Of a stretch of 64,000 nucleotides of DNA, positions 1-11,651 are shown in pieces. The notes under the pieces were generated by a model. The model made no database searches and had not been told where the DNA came from. It saw only the letters and a list, made by a program, of their open reading frames with translations. Each line of letters opens with the position of its first letter. Within the stretch, counting starts at the first letter, position 1. Both the position numbers and the translations under genes were made by a program. The stretch lies in assembly GCF_963921235.1 (NCBI RefSeq), contig NC_086097.1, forward strand, positions 102,364,001 through 102,428,000, given 5' to 3'. The DNA is from Mobula hypostoma (Eukaryota).

Positions 1-140
1 AAGAATTTCTTTAGCCAGAGAGTGGTGGATCTGTGGAATTCTTTGTCGCAGGCAGCTGTGGGGGCCAAGTCTGTATGTATATTTAAGGCAGTTTGATAGA
101 TTCTTGATTGGTCAGGGCATGAAGGGATACAGGGAGAAGG
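1..140 (+). mobile_element. CR1 LINE, 3' end of ORF2 (cut by window edge)
   Basis: NFFSQRVVDLWNSL-type sequence shared with other CR1 copies in the window. Confidence 0.8.
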
Positions 141-218
141 TCTAACTCTATATTATTACTTCTGCTGCCAAATTTCACCCAGTCAGTATCTGATTCTTCC
201 TGTCCTTTTCTGCATCTA

Positions 219-1632
219 CAGTTGAAGTCAGAAGTTTACATACACTTAGGTTGAAACTCATTGTTTAACCACACCACAGATTTCATATTAGCAAACTATA
301 GTTTTGGCAAGATGTTGAGGACATCTACTTTGTGTATGACATGAGTAATTTTTCCAACAATTGTTTACAGACAGATTATTTCAGTTTTAATTGACTATAC
401 CACAATTCCAGTGGGTCAGAAGTTTACAAACAAAATCAAAAGAAATCAGCCAAGACTTCAGAAAAAAAATTGTGGACCTCCACAAGTCTGGTTCATCCTT
501 GGGAGCAATTTCCAAACGCCTGAAGGTACCACGTTCATCTGTACAAACAATAGTACGCAAGTATACATACCATGGGACCACGCAGTCGTCATACTGCTCA
601 GGAAGGAGGTGCATTTTGTCTCCTAGAGATGAACGTACTTTGGCGTGAAAAGTGCAAATCAATCCCAGAACAACAGCAAAGGACCTTGTGAAGATGCTGG
701 AGGAAACAGGTGGACAAGTATCTATATACACAGTAAAACGAGTCCTATATCGAAATAAACTGAAAGGCTGCTCAGCAAGGAAGAAGCCACTGCTCCAAAA
801 GTGCCATGAAAAAGCCAGACTACAGTTTGCAAGTGCACATGGGGACAAAGATCTTACTTTTTGGAGAAATGTCCTCTGGTCTGATGAAACAAAAATTGAA
901 CTGTTTGGCCATAATGGCTATCGTTACGTTTGGAGGAAAAAGGGTGAGGCTTGCAAGCCGAAGAACACCATCCCATCCGTGAAGCGTGGGGGTGGCAGCA
1001 TCATGTTGTGGGGGTGCTTTGCTGCAGGTGGGACTGGTGCACTTCACAAAATAGATGGCATCCTGAGGAAGGAAAATTATGTGGATATATTGAAGCAACA
1101 TCTAAAGACATCAGCCAGGAAGTTAAAGCTCGGTTGCAAATGGGTCTTTCAAATGGACAATGACCCCAAGCATACCTCCAAAGTTGTGGCAAAATTGCTT
1201 AAGCACAACAAAGTCAAGGTATTGGAGTGGCCATCACAAAACCCTGACCTCAATCTGATAGAAAATTTGTGGACAGAACTGAAAAAGCGTGTGTGAGCAA
1301 GGAGGCCTACAAACCTGACTCAGTTACACCAGTTCTTGTGAGAAGCTTGTGGAAGGCTACCCAAAGCATTTGACCCAAGTTAAATAATTTAAAGGCAATG
1401 CTACCAAAGTGTATGTAAACTTCTAACCCACTGGGAATGTGATGAAAGAAATAAAAGCTGAAATAAATCATTCCCTCTACTATTATTCTCACATTTCATA
1501 TTCTTAAAATAAAATAGTGATCCTAACTGACCTAAGACAGGGAACTTTTTCTAGGATTAAATGTCAGGCATTGTGAAAAACTGAGTTTAAATATATTTGG
1601 CCAAGGTGTATGTAAACTTCTGACTTCAATTG
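219..1632 (+). mobile_element. Tc1/mariner DNA transposon of the Sleeping Beauty (IR/DR) subfamily, defective
   Basis: TIR ends CAGTTGAAGTCAGAAGTTTACATACAC (219) and GTGTATGTAAACTTCTGACTTCAATTG (1632); TA TSD at 217-218 and 1633-1634; inner direct repeats at ~408-430 and ~1409-1435. Confidence 0.97.
433..1408 (+). pseudogene. Sleeping Beauty-like DD34E transposase pseudogene
   Basis: KSKEISQDFRKKIVDLHKSG... paired-like HTH; catalytic WSDETK, QMDNDPKH and NLIENLW. TGA stops at 646-648 and 1294-1296 (consistent with CGA>TGA decay); start codon and 5' spacer deleted; short deletion near 1335. Confidence 0.93.
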
Positions 1633-2609
1633 TATTTCCATCTCAGATGATAGGCTAGCTACTAACTTTATTCACAAGCTTACTGACTCTCACTGCTATC
1701 TTGACTACTTTTCATTCCCCACTCCCCAGTCTTCTGTCGGGGAAGCCCTCTAGACTCAATATTGAATTCTCCAACTTCAAGTAACCTGCTTGATCAGTCT
1801 GTATCAGTCATCCACCTGGGATATTGCTCAGCTTGCTTTATCTCCCTCTGGGAGTGAAGGTAGATCAGGCAGATGTTTGATCCGCATCTGTTGTGTTCTA
1901 CCACATTCTACTTCTCCATTCGCACTCTACTCCCATTTACTCTGACCAGAGAACCTTGTTTAGTTTATCCACATGGTCACTCAGGTTTTACCATATCATA
2001 AACATTACTTTCCCCCCACCCCACACCCCCTCAGTTCTTTTCTCTCCTTCCCAGAACTGGAAAGGGGTTTTAACCTGATATGTTAGCTCCCTCTTCCAAA
2101 AGATGCAGCCCTGCCTACTGAGAGTTTCCGGTATTATATGGCTTTATTTTATTTCCAGAATCTAGAGTTTGAATTCCATGAAATCCCAGCCAGAAATCCA
2201 AATTTTACTGACTGTTGCCCTGACCTGGGTGTACCCCTAGCAGCATCCTTTTCTCCACTTGCTGCTGGAACAGCAAGAACAGGACATGTGCAATAATCAC
2301 CACTAATGGTGTGGGGCGAGAAAAGTGGCGGCAGGGGTTTAACACTGAACATTTGCAGTTCATCTGGCAATCACAGTTTAGGTACAGCTCAAACAATTTA
2401 CAATCAAAAATACAGTAGTCTGCAAACACAGTAAGTAAAATAGTATTTGTGGAGACTTGTACAGTATTACTCTGGATCTCAGCCACTGAAGTAGCTTTCA
2501 AGAATACTTATTGATATAGTGCAGAAAATGAGACAGCTGATTTATGAAACGCAGGATCTCCTGGTCACTAATTACATTACTACCAATTAGTTACTTTTAA
2601 AGTTTGGGC

Positions 2610-2746
2610 ATAAATATTGACCAGGACACTTTGTCAAATTCCCTTACTCCTTGATGCACTTTTTGTCTATTGGAGAAGGCTGGCACAGTCTTGGGTTAAT
2701 ATCTCACCTAAAAAGGTCACATCTGGCAGGACAGCACTTGCTCAGT
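2610..2746 (-). mobile_element. Decayed DeuSINE (AmnSINE/SacSINE-type Deu domain) remnant
   Basis: ataaatattgaccaggacac...ggttaatatctcacctaaaaaggtcacatctggcaggacagcacttgctcagt resembles the reverse complement of the Deu-domain consensus as recalled. A similar remnant lies at ~20150-20290. Confidence 0.5.
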
Positions 2747-3350
2747 CAGAGAAAAATAGGCTAAATATCTCAAGTTGATGCTGTCTTGCTTACTGTGCAA
2801 TTCTATTTCATGTTATTTCAGATTCCCAGCATCCAAAATATTCTTCTCTTCTACAGTGAAGCTGCATTTCTTAAATTATTCAGATGAATTACAGAGTAAT
2901 GCACAATTATTTTGTAAAATGTTTAAAATTTTGTTCAATACTCTTCACATGACCATTTTATGTCACTGGTTGTTCTTGAAAACTGATGTTGAGATCAAGG
3001 CTGGCAGCAGCTACCTTATTGAATTCACACCCAGCTCTAGTGTGAATGAATGCCTGTAGAAAGGAAGCAAACACTTTGTCTTCCACCTAGTAAGGGCCCT
3101 GTAACAAAAAAAATCAGCTGATTTCCAGCAGTCTTATGAGTATCATTTCCATTTTAACCAGTTTGCAGAATGATTCCTGAATTAAACCGTGTTTGCATTT
3201 TGACAAAAATGGCTAAAGGAGCAGTAGCTTTGCAATACTTTTCAGTCACCCACGTGAATTCAATGTTTATGTTGCATTCGAAAAGATACGATGGGGTGTT
3301 ATGAAGTTTGATGGGTGAGTATTAAACTCTTGCTGTCCTCCCAAAAGCCA

Positions 3351-3677
3351 TCAAGAGTAGGGGCAATTCTTCATTTCAGCTTTAAACGTTCTGATGGCAG
3401 AGTTATTGAGATTCCAGGCCTTGCATACAAGTACCAGAGCCAAAATCACTGACCATGTCCTCACTGGAGAAAGGAAAAAGGCAACCGTTCCATAGGTTTT
3501 CTGCAGGAAGTAGCAGGCATAGACTTGCCATCCAAGAAGTCCCATCATGATGATGTGCATGGAGACAGAACGGATCCATCCAGTGTATTTGATGTGGGAC
3601 CGGAAGAAGGCCCCTCGGCAGCGAAGAAGCAGGCACCAGCACAGGTAGCAGATCAGCGGAATGTTAAAAAATGTCAG
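3351..3677 (-). CDS. TMEM62: TMEM62 last coding exon (equivalent to exon 14), ending at TGA
   Basis: LTFFNIPLICYLCWCLLLRC...WQVYACYFLQKTYGTVAFFLSPVRTW...KNCPYS* matches the human C-terminus LAFFNIPLMAYMCWSLLQRC...WQVYSCYFLYATYGTLAFLFSPLRTW. Acceptor ttttctttttaccag; 327 nt. Confidence 0.95.
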   Translation of the reverse strand: MTFFNIPLICYLCWCLLLRCRGAFFRSHIKYTGWIRSVSMHIIMMGLLGWQVYACYFLQKTYGTVAFFLSPVRTWSVILALVLVCKAWNLNNSAIRTFKAEMKNCPYS

Positions 3678-4002
3678 CTGGTAAAAAGAAAAACAAATTA
3701 ACACTGCATTACAAAGGGAAAGGCCTGTTGACATTTCAGTGGGAGACTCAGAAGTCTATCGTCCAGTTGCAGGCTAATGGGAATAGGTAGACTAATAGTT
3801 CAGCATGGATTAGATGGGCCAAAAGGCCTGTTTGCATTCTCTATCAGTGGGAATAATGTGAAATTGATCCCAGAATGCTACTAGTCCTCTTTGAATGCCT
3901 CCTGACTACCACAATCTCATTTTATTTTTGTTATTTCAATCTCATTTTAGTTGTACAGTTAACAACACCAAATAGAAAAAGCACGTCAAAAGGGCAATGT
4001 TA

Positions 4003-6271
4003 TATAGTCATGGAGATTTCAACATGCAGGTTGATTGAGAAAATCAGGTTGGAAATGGATCTCAAGAGAGTGAGTTTGTTGAATGCTAACGAGACGGCTT
4101 TTTAAGAGCAGTTTGTTGTTGAGTCTACTAGGGGATCAGCTATATTGCATTGGGTGTTATGTAATGAATCAGGGGTGACTAGGGAGCTTAAGGTAAAAGA
4201 ACCCTTAGGAGGCAGTGATCATAATATGATTGAGTTCAGCTTAAAATTTGATAGGGAGAAAGTAAGGTCTGATGTAGCAGTATTTCAATGGAGTAAAGGA
4301 AATTACAATGGTATAAGAAAGGAGTTGGCCAAAGTAAATTGGAAAGAGATGCTGGCAGGGATGACAGCAGAGCAGCAAAGGCGTGAGTTTCTAGGAAAAA
4401 TGAAGAAGGTGGAGAATTGATGTATTCCCAAAACAAAGAAATAATCAAATAGCAAAATAGTACAACCATGGCTGACAAGGGAGTCAAAGCTAATGTAAAA
4501 ACAAAAATTAGTAGGAAGACAGAGGATTGGGAAGCTTTTAAAACCCTACAGAGAGCAAGTAAAAGAATCATTAGGAGGAAAAAGTTGAAATATGAAAGCA
4601 AGCTAGCAAACAACAAAGTGGATGGTAAAAGCTTTTTCAAGTATGTAAAAAATAAAGAAGAGAGTTACGAGTGGATGTAGGACCCCTAGAAAATTATGCC
4701 AGAGAAACAGCAGGGACAAGGAGATAGGAGATGAACTAATTTTACATCACTCTTCACTGTGGAAGACACTAGCAATGTGCCAGATGTTGAAGGGTGTGAG
4801 GGAAGAGAAGAGAGTGCAGTTACTATTAAAAGGGAGAAAGTGCTCAAAAATCTGAAAGACCCAAGGATACGCAAATCACCTGGATCCAAAGAACTGCACC
4901 CTAGGGTTCTGAAAGAGGTAGCGGTAGAGATTGTGGAGGCATTAGTAATGATCTTTCAAAAATCATTGGACTCTGGTATGGTGTCAGAGGACTGGAAAAT
5001 TGCAGATGTCAATCCACTCTTTAAGAAAGGAGGGAGGCAGCAGAAAGGAAATTATAGACCAGTTAGCCTGATCTCAGTGGTTGGGAAGAAGTTGGAGTCA
5101 ATTGTTAAGGATGAGGTTATGGAGTACTTGGTGACACAGCACAAGATAGGATAAAGTCAGCATGGTTTCCCAAGGGGAAACTCTTGCCTGACGAACCTGT
5201 TGGAGTTCTTTGAGGAGATTACACGTAGGATAGATAAAGGGGATGCGGTGTTATGTTGTATATTTGGACTTTCAGAAGGCCTTTGACAAGGTGCTGCTTA
5301 CTAAGTTAAGAACCCATGGTATTACAGGAAAGTTACTGGCATGGCTAGAGCATTGGCTGATGGGTAGGAGGCAGTGAGTGGGAATAAAAGGATCCTTTTC
5401 TGGTTGACTGCAAGTGACTAGTGGTGTTCCACAGGGGTCGGTGTGGGTCACTTCTTTTTATGCTGTATATCAATGATTTAGATGATGGAACAGATGGCTT
5501 TGTTGACAAGTTTACAGATAATACAAAGATTGGTGGAGGGGCAGGCAGTGGTCAGGGAACAGGTAGGCTGCAGAAGGATTGAGATTAGCAGAATGGGCAA
5601 CAAAGTGGCAAATGAAATACAATGTTGGAAAATGCACGGTCATGCACTTTGCTGGTAGAAATAAATGTGCAGACTATTTTCTAAATTAGGAGAAAATCCA
5701 AAGAGCTGGGATGCAAAGGGACTTGGGAGTCCTTTTGCAGAACACCCGAAAGGTTAACTTGCAGGTAGAGTCAGTGGTGAGGAAGGCAAATTCAATATTA
5801 GCATTCCTTTCAAGAGGTCTAGTATACAAGAGCAGGGATGTGTTGCTGAGGCTTTATAAGGCACAGGTGAGGCCTCACCTTGAGTATTGTGAACAGTTTT
5901 GGGCTCCTCATGAGGATGAGGGAAAGACCTAGACAGTTGACAGGATGTTTCCCATGGTGGGGGAGTCTAGGACAAGAGGCTTAGCTTCAGGATAGAGTGG
6001 CGTTCATTTAAAAGACAGATGCAGAGACATTTCTTTAGCCAGAGGGTAGTAAATTTGTGGAAGCTGTTAGCACAGGCAGCTGAGGAGGCCAAGTTGTTGG
6101 GTATATTTAAGGCAGAGCTTGATAAATTCTTCATTGGACTCAGCATCAAAGGTTACAGGGAGAAGGCTGGGAGCGGGGCTGAGGGGGTTGGGGGGAAGGA
6201 TCAGCCATGATTGAATGGTGGAGCAGACTTGATGGGCCAAATGGCCTAATTCTACTCCTATGTCTTATGGT
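4003..6271 (+). mobile_element. CR1 LINE, 5'-truncated (end of APE, RT, 3' UTR), with frameshifts
   Basis: ORFs 4145-4420 (LGGSDHNMIEF), 4759-5154 (GNYRPVSL), 5711-5932 (RPHLEYC), 6019-6210 (FFSQRVVNLW); 3' end ...ctcctatgtcttatggt. Confidence 0.93.
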
Positions 6272-7249
6272 TAATGCTCTGTGACAGCATTTTATTTTAG
6301 CTTGGAGGCTATCTGTTCCCAACGGTATCTAGCTGTCTCTGGCGGGATGTGATACCAGTGGGAGCAGATGTCAGAAAGTGGTGGTAAACTAGTTGTCCTG
6401 CTAGTAAACACTGTGACACGATGCACAGGCCAGACCAAGTCAGGGGCAGGTTTCCATCCTTAAAGAGCATTAATGAACAGTAATAATTCTTATAATAATC
6501 AAAGAGTTTCATGGCATTTTTCTCTTTCAGACGATGGGCACGTGCAGGTAAAACTAATACCCACTTTTTATATGCTACTTTCAGCCATTTTCAGGTATTT
6601 TAAGCTAAATCAATTTTCTCTGATTGTAAAAGTCAAATTTGAAATCATATTCTTTGGCTTAGTGTTTTAAAAATTCATTCTAAAAATTTCCTCGTGGCAC
6701 CCCAGAAGATGCAAGGGAAATTTACAAGAATGGCAATGGCCTGGAGAATTACTGTACTGAGAACATATCAGGGCAGAATTATTATTTTTTGGAATTAAGC
6801 AAACTGAGGAGAAATTTATGAGGTGTGTAACTTCTGAGAGGGTGAACAAGGATGCATTTCCCTTGGAAAAGGTGCAAGTAACTACAATGGTGAATTGGTA
6901 GGTGCATTAGAGAGGAATTGAAAAAGACTTCCTTGCTGAACTCACCATCACCTCGTCACATTTAAAACAAATACCTGGATGAGCATCTGAAAGCTGCAGA
7001 CTACAATGTAACAGACCAGACAGGGGAATGGAAGTACCTAAACAGCTCTATTTTTAATCAGCTTCGTTTCTTTTGCCAATTACTTTTTCAGTTACCCATC
7101 ATCCAGCTAGAGGAAAACATTTCCTCTTTTACTCTACCAAAACCACGATCCATACTCAGAATGTTATTATACACAATTATAAATGTTATTTTAGTATTTA
7201 AATGTAGTGAGTGGCCTTGTTTACAATGTTCAAGAAGTTGTCCATTTAC

Positions 7250-7368
7250 CTGAAGGATTCCAATGAAAAAAGTCAGACTTCCCTCCAAGAAGTGACCGTC
7301 AACTACGATACCAAAGACAAAGCAAGCTCCAAAGTAGCCATCAACTATCTCACCGATGAACCAGGGCC
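7250..7368 (-). CDS. TMEM62: TMEM62 coding exon (equivalent to exon 13)
   Basis: (G)PWFIGEIVDGYFGACFVFGIVVDGHFLEGSLTFFIGILQ. Acceptor ttttgccatcctgcag, donor GTAAAT; 119 nt, phase 1-0. Confidence 0.95.
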
Positions 7369-8191
7369 CTGCAGGATGGCAAAAGTGAGTGCTGGAAGTT
7401 TTACATCAACTGCATTATAAAATATAGTGGAAGGGCTGGAAAGTATTTATTCCCTTTCAAACCATAGCATCACCTCTGCAAACAGAATTTTTGCAAGAAA
7501 TATCATAAGCTATTATTAAGCTAATTAACCCCAAGACCCAGATCATGCTTGATCTGTGATCTAACCTCTATGAATATGGTTCCATCTCTGGTTAAAATAA
7601 GTTTATTAGATTTAAATTTAACAGCTGACCTGGCATTAACTGGCTGTTATTAAAATGAGTTACGTACTTCCACAACGCCATATGTGAAAGTGTTAAGTAC
7701 TAAAAGTCTGTAATTTTTTTTCCTGTATCCCAGATTCCCCAAACAAAATTTCTTCTCTCTTCACCAATCATTTTCCATCAACACTTAGCCTAGATCTAAT
7801 TAACTTTTTTTGATTTTCTGAATCTGCCAGTGAAATTCACATTCTGCCTTAAGGTTTTCACACTTCATACTTCCAGAATTTATGAATAAAGTATGATTTC
7901 AGTTTAAAATACATGATATCACACTTGCTGACGTTGAAGACAGTTTGTCATAACAATTTTCCTTATTTTCTGTTTAATTATCTTTTTCTATTTTCTGCTC
8001 TAATTAACACTATTTGCAATTACACCCTTTTTCATCTTTGGAAAACTTGGAAATATATTGTTATGTACTTAAGTTCCTCATAAATGCAGTGAATAGTTTG
8101 GACCCCTGGCCCTGCCCCTGGATCCTTGGGGTATATATAACATCCATAATCATTCTGTCAAGCACTTCAATCACATTTCAAGTTAATCAAA

Positions 8192-8745
8192 CAACACACA
8201 CAAAATGTTAGTGGAACGCAGCAGGCAGCATCTATAGGAAGAAGTACAGTCGACGTTTCAGGCCGTAACCCTTTGTCAGGACTAACTGAAAGAAGAGATA
8301 GTAAGAGATTTGAAAGTGGGAGGGGGAGAGGGAGATCTGAAATGATAAGGGAAGACAGGAGGGGGAGGGAAGAAGCTAAGAGCTGGAAAGTTGATTGGCA
8401 AAAGGGATACAGAGTTGGAGAAGGGGGCTCCCCCTTCTTGGCTGTGGAGGCGATCCGGGGAGAAGAAACCCACAAGAATACGTATGGGGTGGTGGGTAGA
8501 TGGAAACTGATGGGGGAGGGTGATCTTAGCTTCTTCCCTCTCCCTCCTGTCTTCTTCTATCATTTTGGATCTCCCCCTCCCCCTTTCAAATCTCTTACTA
8601 TCTCTTCTTTCAGTTAGTCCTGACGAAGGGTCTCGGCCCAAAGCGTCAATTGTACATCTTCCTATAGATGCTGCTTGGCCTGCTGCCTTCACCAGCACTT
8701 TTGTGTGTGTTGCTTGAATTTCCAGCATCTGCAGATTTTCTCATG
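8192..8745 (+). mobile_element. Penelope-type terminal-repeat insertion with inverted arms and 3' tail; two decayed hammerhead motifs
   Basis: 15-bp TSD TTCAAGTTAATCAAA (8177-8191 and 8746-8760); inverted arms ~8192-8381 and ~8524-8712; unpaired tail 8713-8745. Confidence 0.8.
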
Positions 8746-9285
8746 TTCAAGTTAATCAAATATCCCTTTACAAATCTATCCTGACTAACAAATACTTTTA
8801 CAGTTTAAGGTCACTCCATATTTAATTATAGACCATTCATTTCATGTTGCTTTCCTTGTTTATCTCCCACTAAAGAAACATCCTCTCAGCATTTTCCCAG
8901 TCCAGCTTCCCTCAAGATCTTAAAATGTCTCTTTTGGACCTGAAAAATTTACCATCTATGGAAACAGAATAATTATAGTCATGGTACCTGCAATGTTCCT
9001 ATACACCTATTTCACTTCAAACATGGGATTTTGTTACTTCTTGGTGTGATTATTTTCTTTGTTATTTTGTGTAAGTTACTTCTGCTAAGTCCATGGTCCT
9101 AGTTCAATATTAGGTTTCTGGAATTATCAACATCACCTTCCTTTACTGTAACTCTTGATTCAATGTCTGTTTCTGTAAATTTTTAAAAAACGTTTAATGG
9201 GCCCGAATTATGCTGATTCCCCTTTTTTTTTTAATTGCAATTTTAATTATATATTTGAATATTATAACCACCATTTTTGAATGGT

Positions 9286-9889
9286 GTCAAAATGGCTGTG
9301 TGCTATGTCTAGTGTGGTAGTGTAGTGGGTGGTGCTTGTCGCTCTCACTTCCAGCTTCCACCACTGGCTAGTAGTCTTGCGAAAAGGAGAGCAGAATGTG
9401 TAAGTCTCTCCCTGCCGGTACGTAGCCTCTCCAACAGCAAGCCTCATGTCGTGCCTCCTCACTGGCGACACATGGAAACTGAACTCCTTTTGGAAGGGGA
9501 GGAGGTCTGGTCCCTGCACACATATCACGCAGGCCCACCGGTGTGTGGACATACGCTGGTGCTTGTGAACCAGATCCCCAACTGTGGGTAAATAGCCGCA
9601 CTGCCTTGTGGGCAGCCTCGGGAAGGCTACGGGAGTAAACCCAAACAGCAAATCTGGAGTGGAGCCCCTAAGGCAGTTGAACGTCTTTTGAACATCCTTC
9701 CGGCAGCTCATGCAGTCAAGCTGGTGCCAAACGTATTGCTTCATAAGCTTCCCTTTGGGCTACACTGGTGAGGCTGAGCAGGGGATCTTGACGACTGGGC
9801 ATCTCAGGATCTCCATACCTTCCACCCAGGCTTGTGGTGATGATGATCATCACACATTGTCCTTTGAGACAGACGGATGCCAACCACCA
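9286..9889 (+). mobile_element. Non-autonomous retroelement with RTE-like 3' end
   Basis: 16-bp TSD ACCATTTTTGAATGGT (9270-9285 and 9890-9905); GC-rich body; ends ...ttgtcctttgagacagacggatgccaaccacca. Confidence 0.7.
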
Positions 9890-10301
9890 ACCATTTTTGA
9901 ATGGTCCAAAGGAAAACATTGTCTCAAAAATCTTTAATCATACAATTTAAAAATTCTCTTTTGTGTTCAAGTCCCCCTGTGTACTCTACCTCAGTCACCT
10001 CCAGTTCTTCAACCCTCAAACCTCTGTGAGTTACTTGAATAATTGGTTAGATTTGGTTTGTTATGTGTCCAGTCACTGAATTAGAGTGGATTGTTTAATT
10101 TAGATGCAAGTCCTTATGATAAATCCCAGGATTACACATACTATAGTTGGGAATCTGGATGCTTGGAAGGAGGAGCTGAGAATCATACAAAGCATTTGGC
10201 ATAATCCAGACAAGGGAAGGAATTTGAGAAATATTGCTCATCATGTAGAATACATGACAATACTGCAGCACTTGTTTAGAAAAGGTTATTAAAGTACTCA
10301 C

Positions 10302-10406
10302 CCACTGCTATGTAGCACGTGAACAGCAAGACGGGATAATACAGTACGTTGGTCTTAGAGAATACATGGAATGAAAAGTTCGCAAGAGTGAAGAAACCAG
10401 GGCTCT
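10302..10406 (-). CDS. TMEM62: TMEM62 coding exon (equivalent to exon 12)
   Basis: (E)SPGFFTLANFSFHVFSKTNVLYYPVLLFTCYIAV(G). Acceptor ttttccccttcag, donor GTGAGT; 105 nt, phase 1-1. Confidence 0.92.
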
Positions 10407-11390
10407 CTGAAGGGGAAAAGTGATTGAAACTATTTTACAAGAAATTAAACTGATCTTAAATTTTGAGAGAACTTCAAGGAAACAAAGCAGAAGAGTCCAC
10501 TGTGCCAATGGTCAAAACTGTTGCATTAGTCAGTAGCTTTGCACAATACCTTTTCAAGCGTATGTCCAATTCTGCTTTAAAGTTTTTTTTTAATTGAATT
10601 GGCTTCCACCATCTCTTGAGTCAATTCAGTCAATGCCAGGACAGCTGACTGCATTAAAATACACTTCTCTTTCTCTCATCCAACTAGGTTGTTACTGGCA
10701 AGGCAGTGTTTATCATGCACCCAAACTCTGACGAGATGCTGCCACAAACTATTTCAATGCTCATGTTGGAGGCTCAGTGGTAATGCTATCAGGAAGGGTG
10801 CTACAGGACTTCTACCCTGTACTGATGGTACACAACTCGCATCCTCATCCTTTTAAGTGGTAGAAATCCCACACCACATCATAAAATCTTTGGTGAATGC
10901 CTCAGTCTCTAATGGGGTGCCTGTGGTGAGATGATAGTAGATGGAGTGCAATGATGGATGCTTTATGAATAAAAGAAATATAAATAGAAAAAGAGTAGGT
11001 CATATTCAGCCTTACTACACCAATGAATAAGATCATGGCCAATCTTTTATTATGGCCTTTTGTCCCTGCACAAACTTTTGATTCACACAACACCTATTAA
11101 TTGATCTTAAAACTACTTAAAGACTATGTCTGCACAGTCCTCTTGCAATTCCAAAATTGTGTAACCATTTGGACGAAGAAGTTTCTATTTCATCTCTACC
11201 CAAAGAGACTGAAACTTTCTTTTTTCCAAACTGACACCTAGTTCAAGATTTGACCAAAAAGATAACGTCCTTTCTGTATCTATTTTGACAAAATGTCTCA
11301 GGATACAGCACTTCAGTCAAATTGCCTCTTACCTTTCTAATCTTTCTGAAGAGAACATGTCCTTACCAGGTCTAGTAAATTAATTAATTG

Positions 11391-11651
11391 ATTTTTTTTT
11401 TGAGATACAGTGTGGAATAGGCCCTTCAAGCCATGCTGCCTAGCAACCCCCTTGCCTAATCACGGGACAGTTTTACAATGACCAACTAATCTACTAATCT
11501 GTGCATCTTTGGAATGTAGGAGGAAACTGGAGCTCCCAAAGAAAACCCTCCTTTGGGAGAAGGGAGAAGGTACAAACTGCTTACAGATAGCAGTGGGAAT
11601 TGACCCTGGATTGCTGGCACTGTAAAGTGTTGTGTTAACCACTGTGCCACC
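11391..11651 (-). mobile_element. tRNA-derived V-SINE/HE1-like SINE with CR1-type tail
   Basis: Minus strand GGTGGCACAGTGGTTAACAC (A box)...GGGTCAATTCCC (B-box-like)...GCTCCAGTTTCCTCCTACATTCCAAAGA (V-domain-like)...GAAGGGCCTATTCCACACTGTATCTC followed by an A-rich tail. A more decayed + copy lies at ~58750-58970. Confidence 0.7.

Larger units (their letters stand above)
141..2165 (+). mobile_element. Degraded Penelope-like element remnant, interrupted by the Tc1 element
   Basis: Sequence either side of the Tc1 joins into a degenerate RT segment (KLTDSHCYLDY at ~1676-1708, cf. PLE KPTDSHSYLDY), followed by an LNIEFSNFK* C-terminus (~1755-1784) and a decayed terminal repeat (~2050-2165) resembling the other PLE repeats here. 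Confidence 0.55.
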
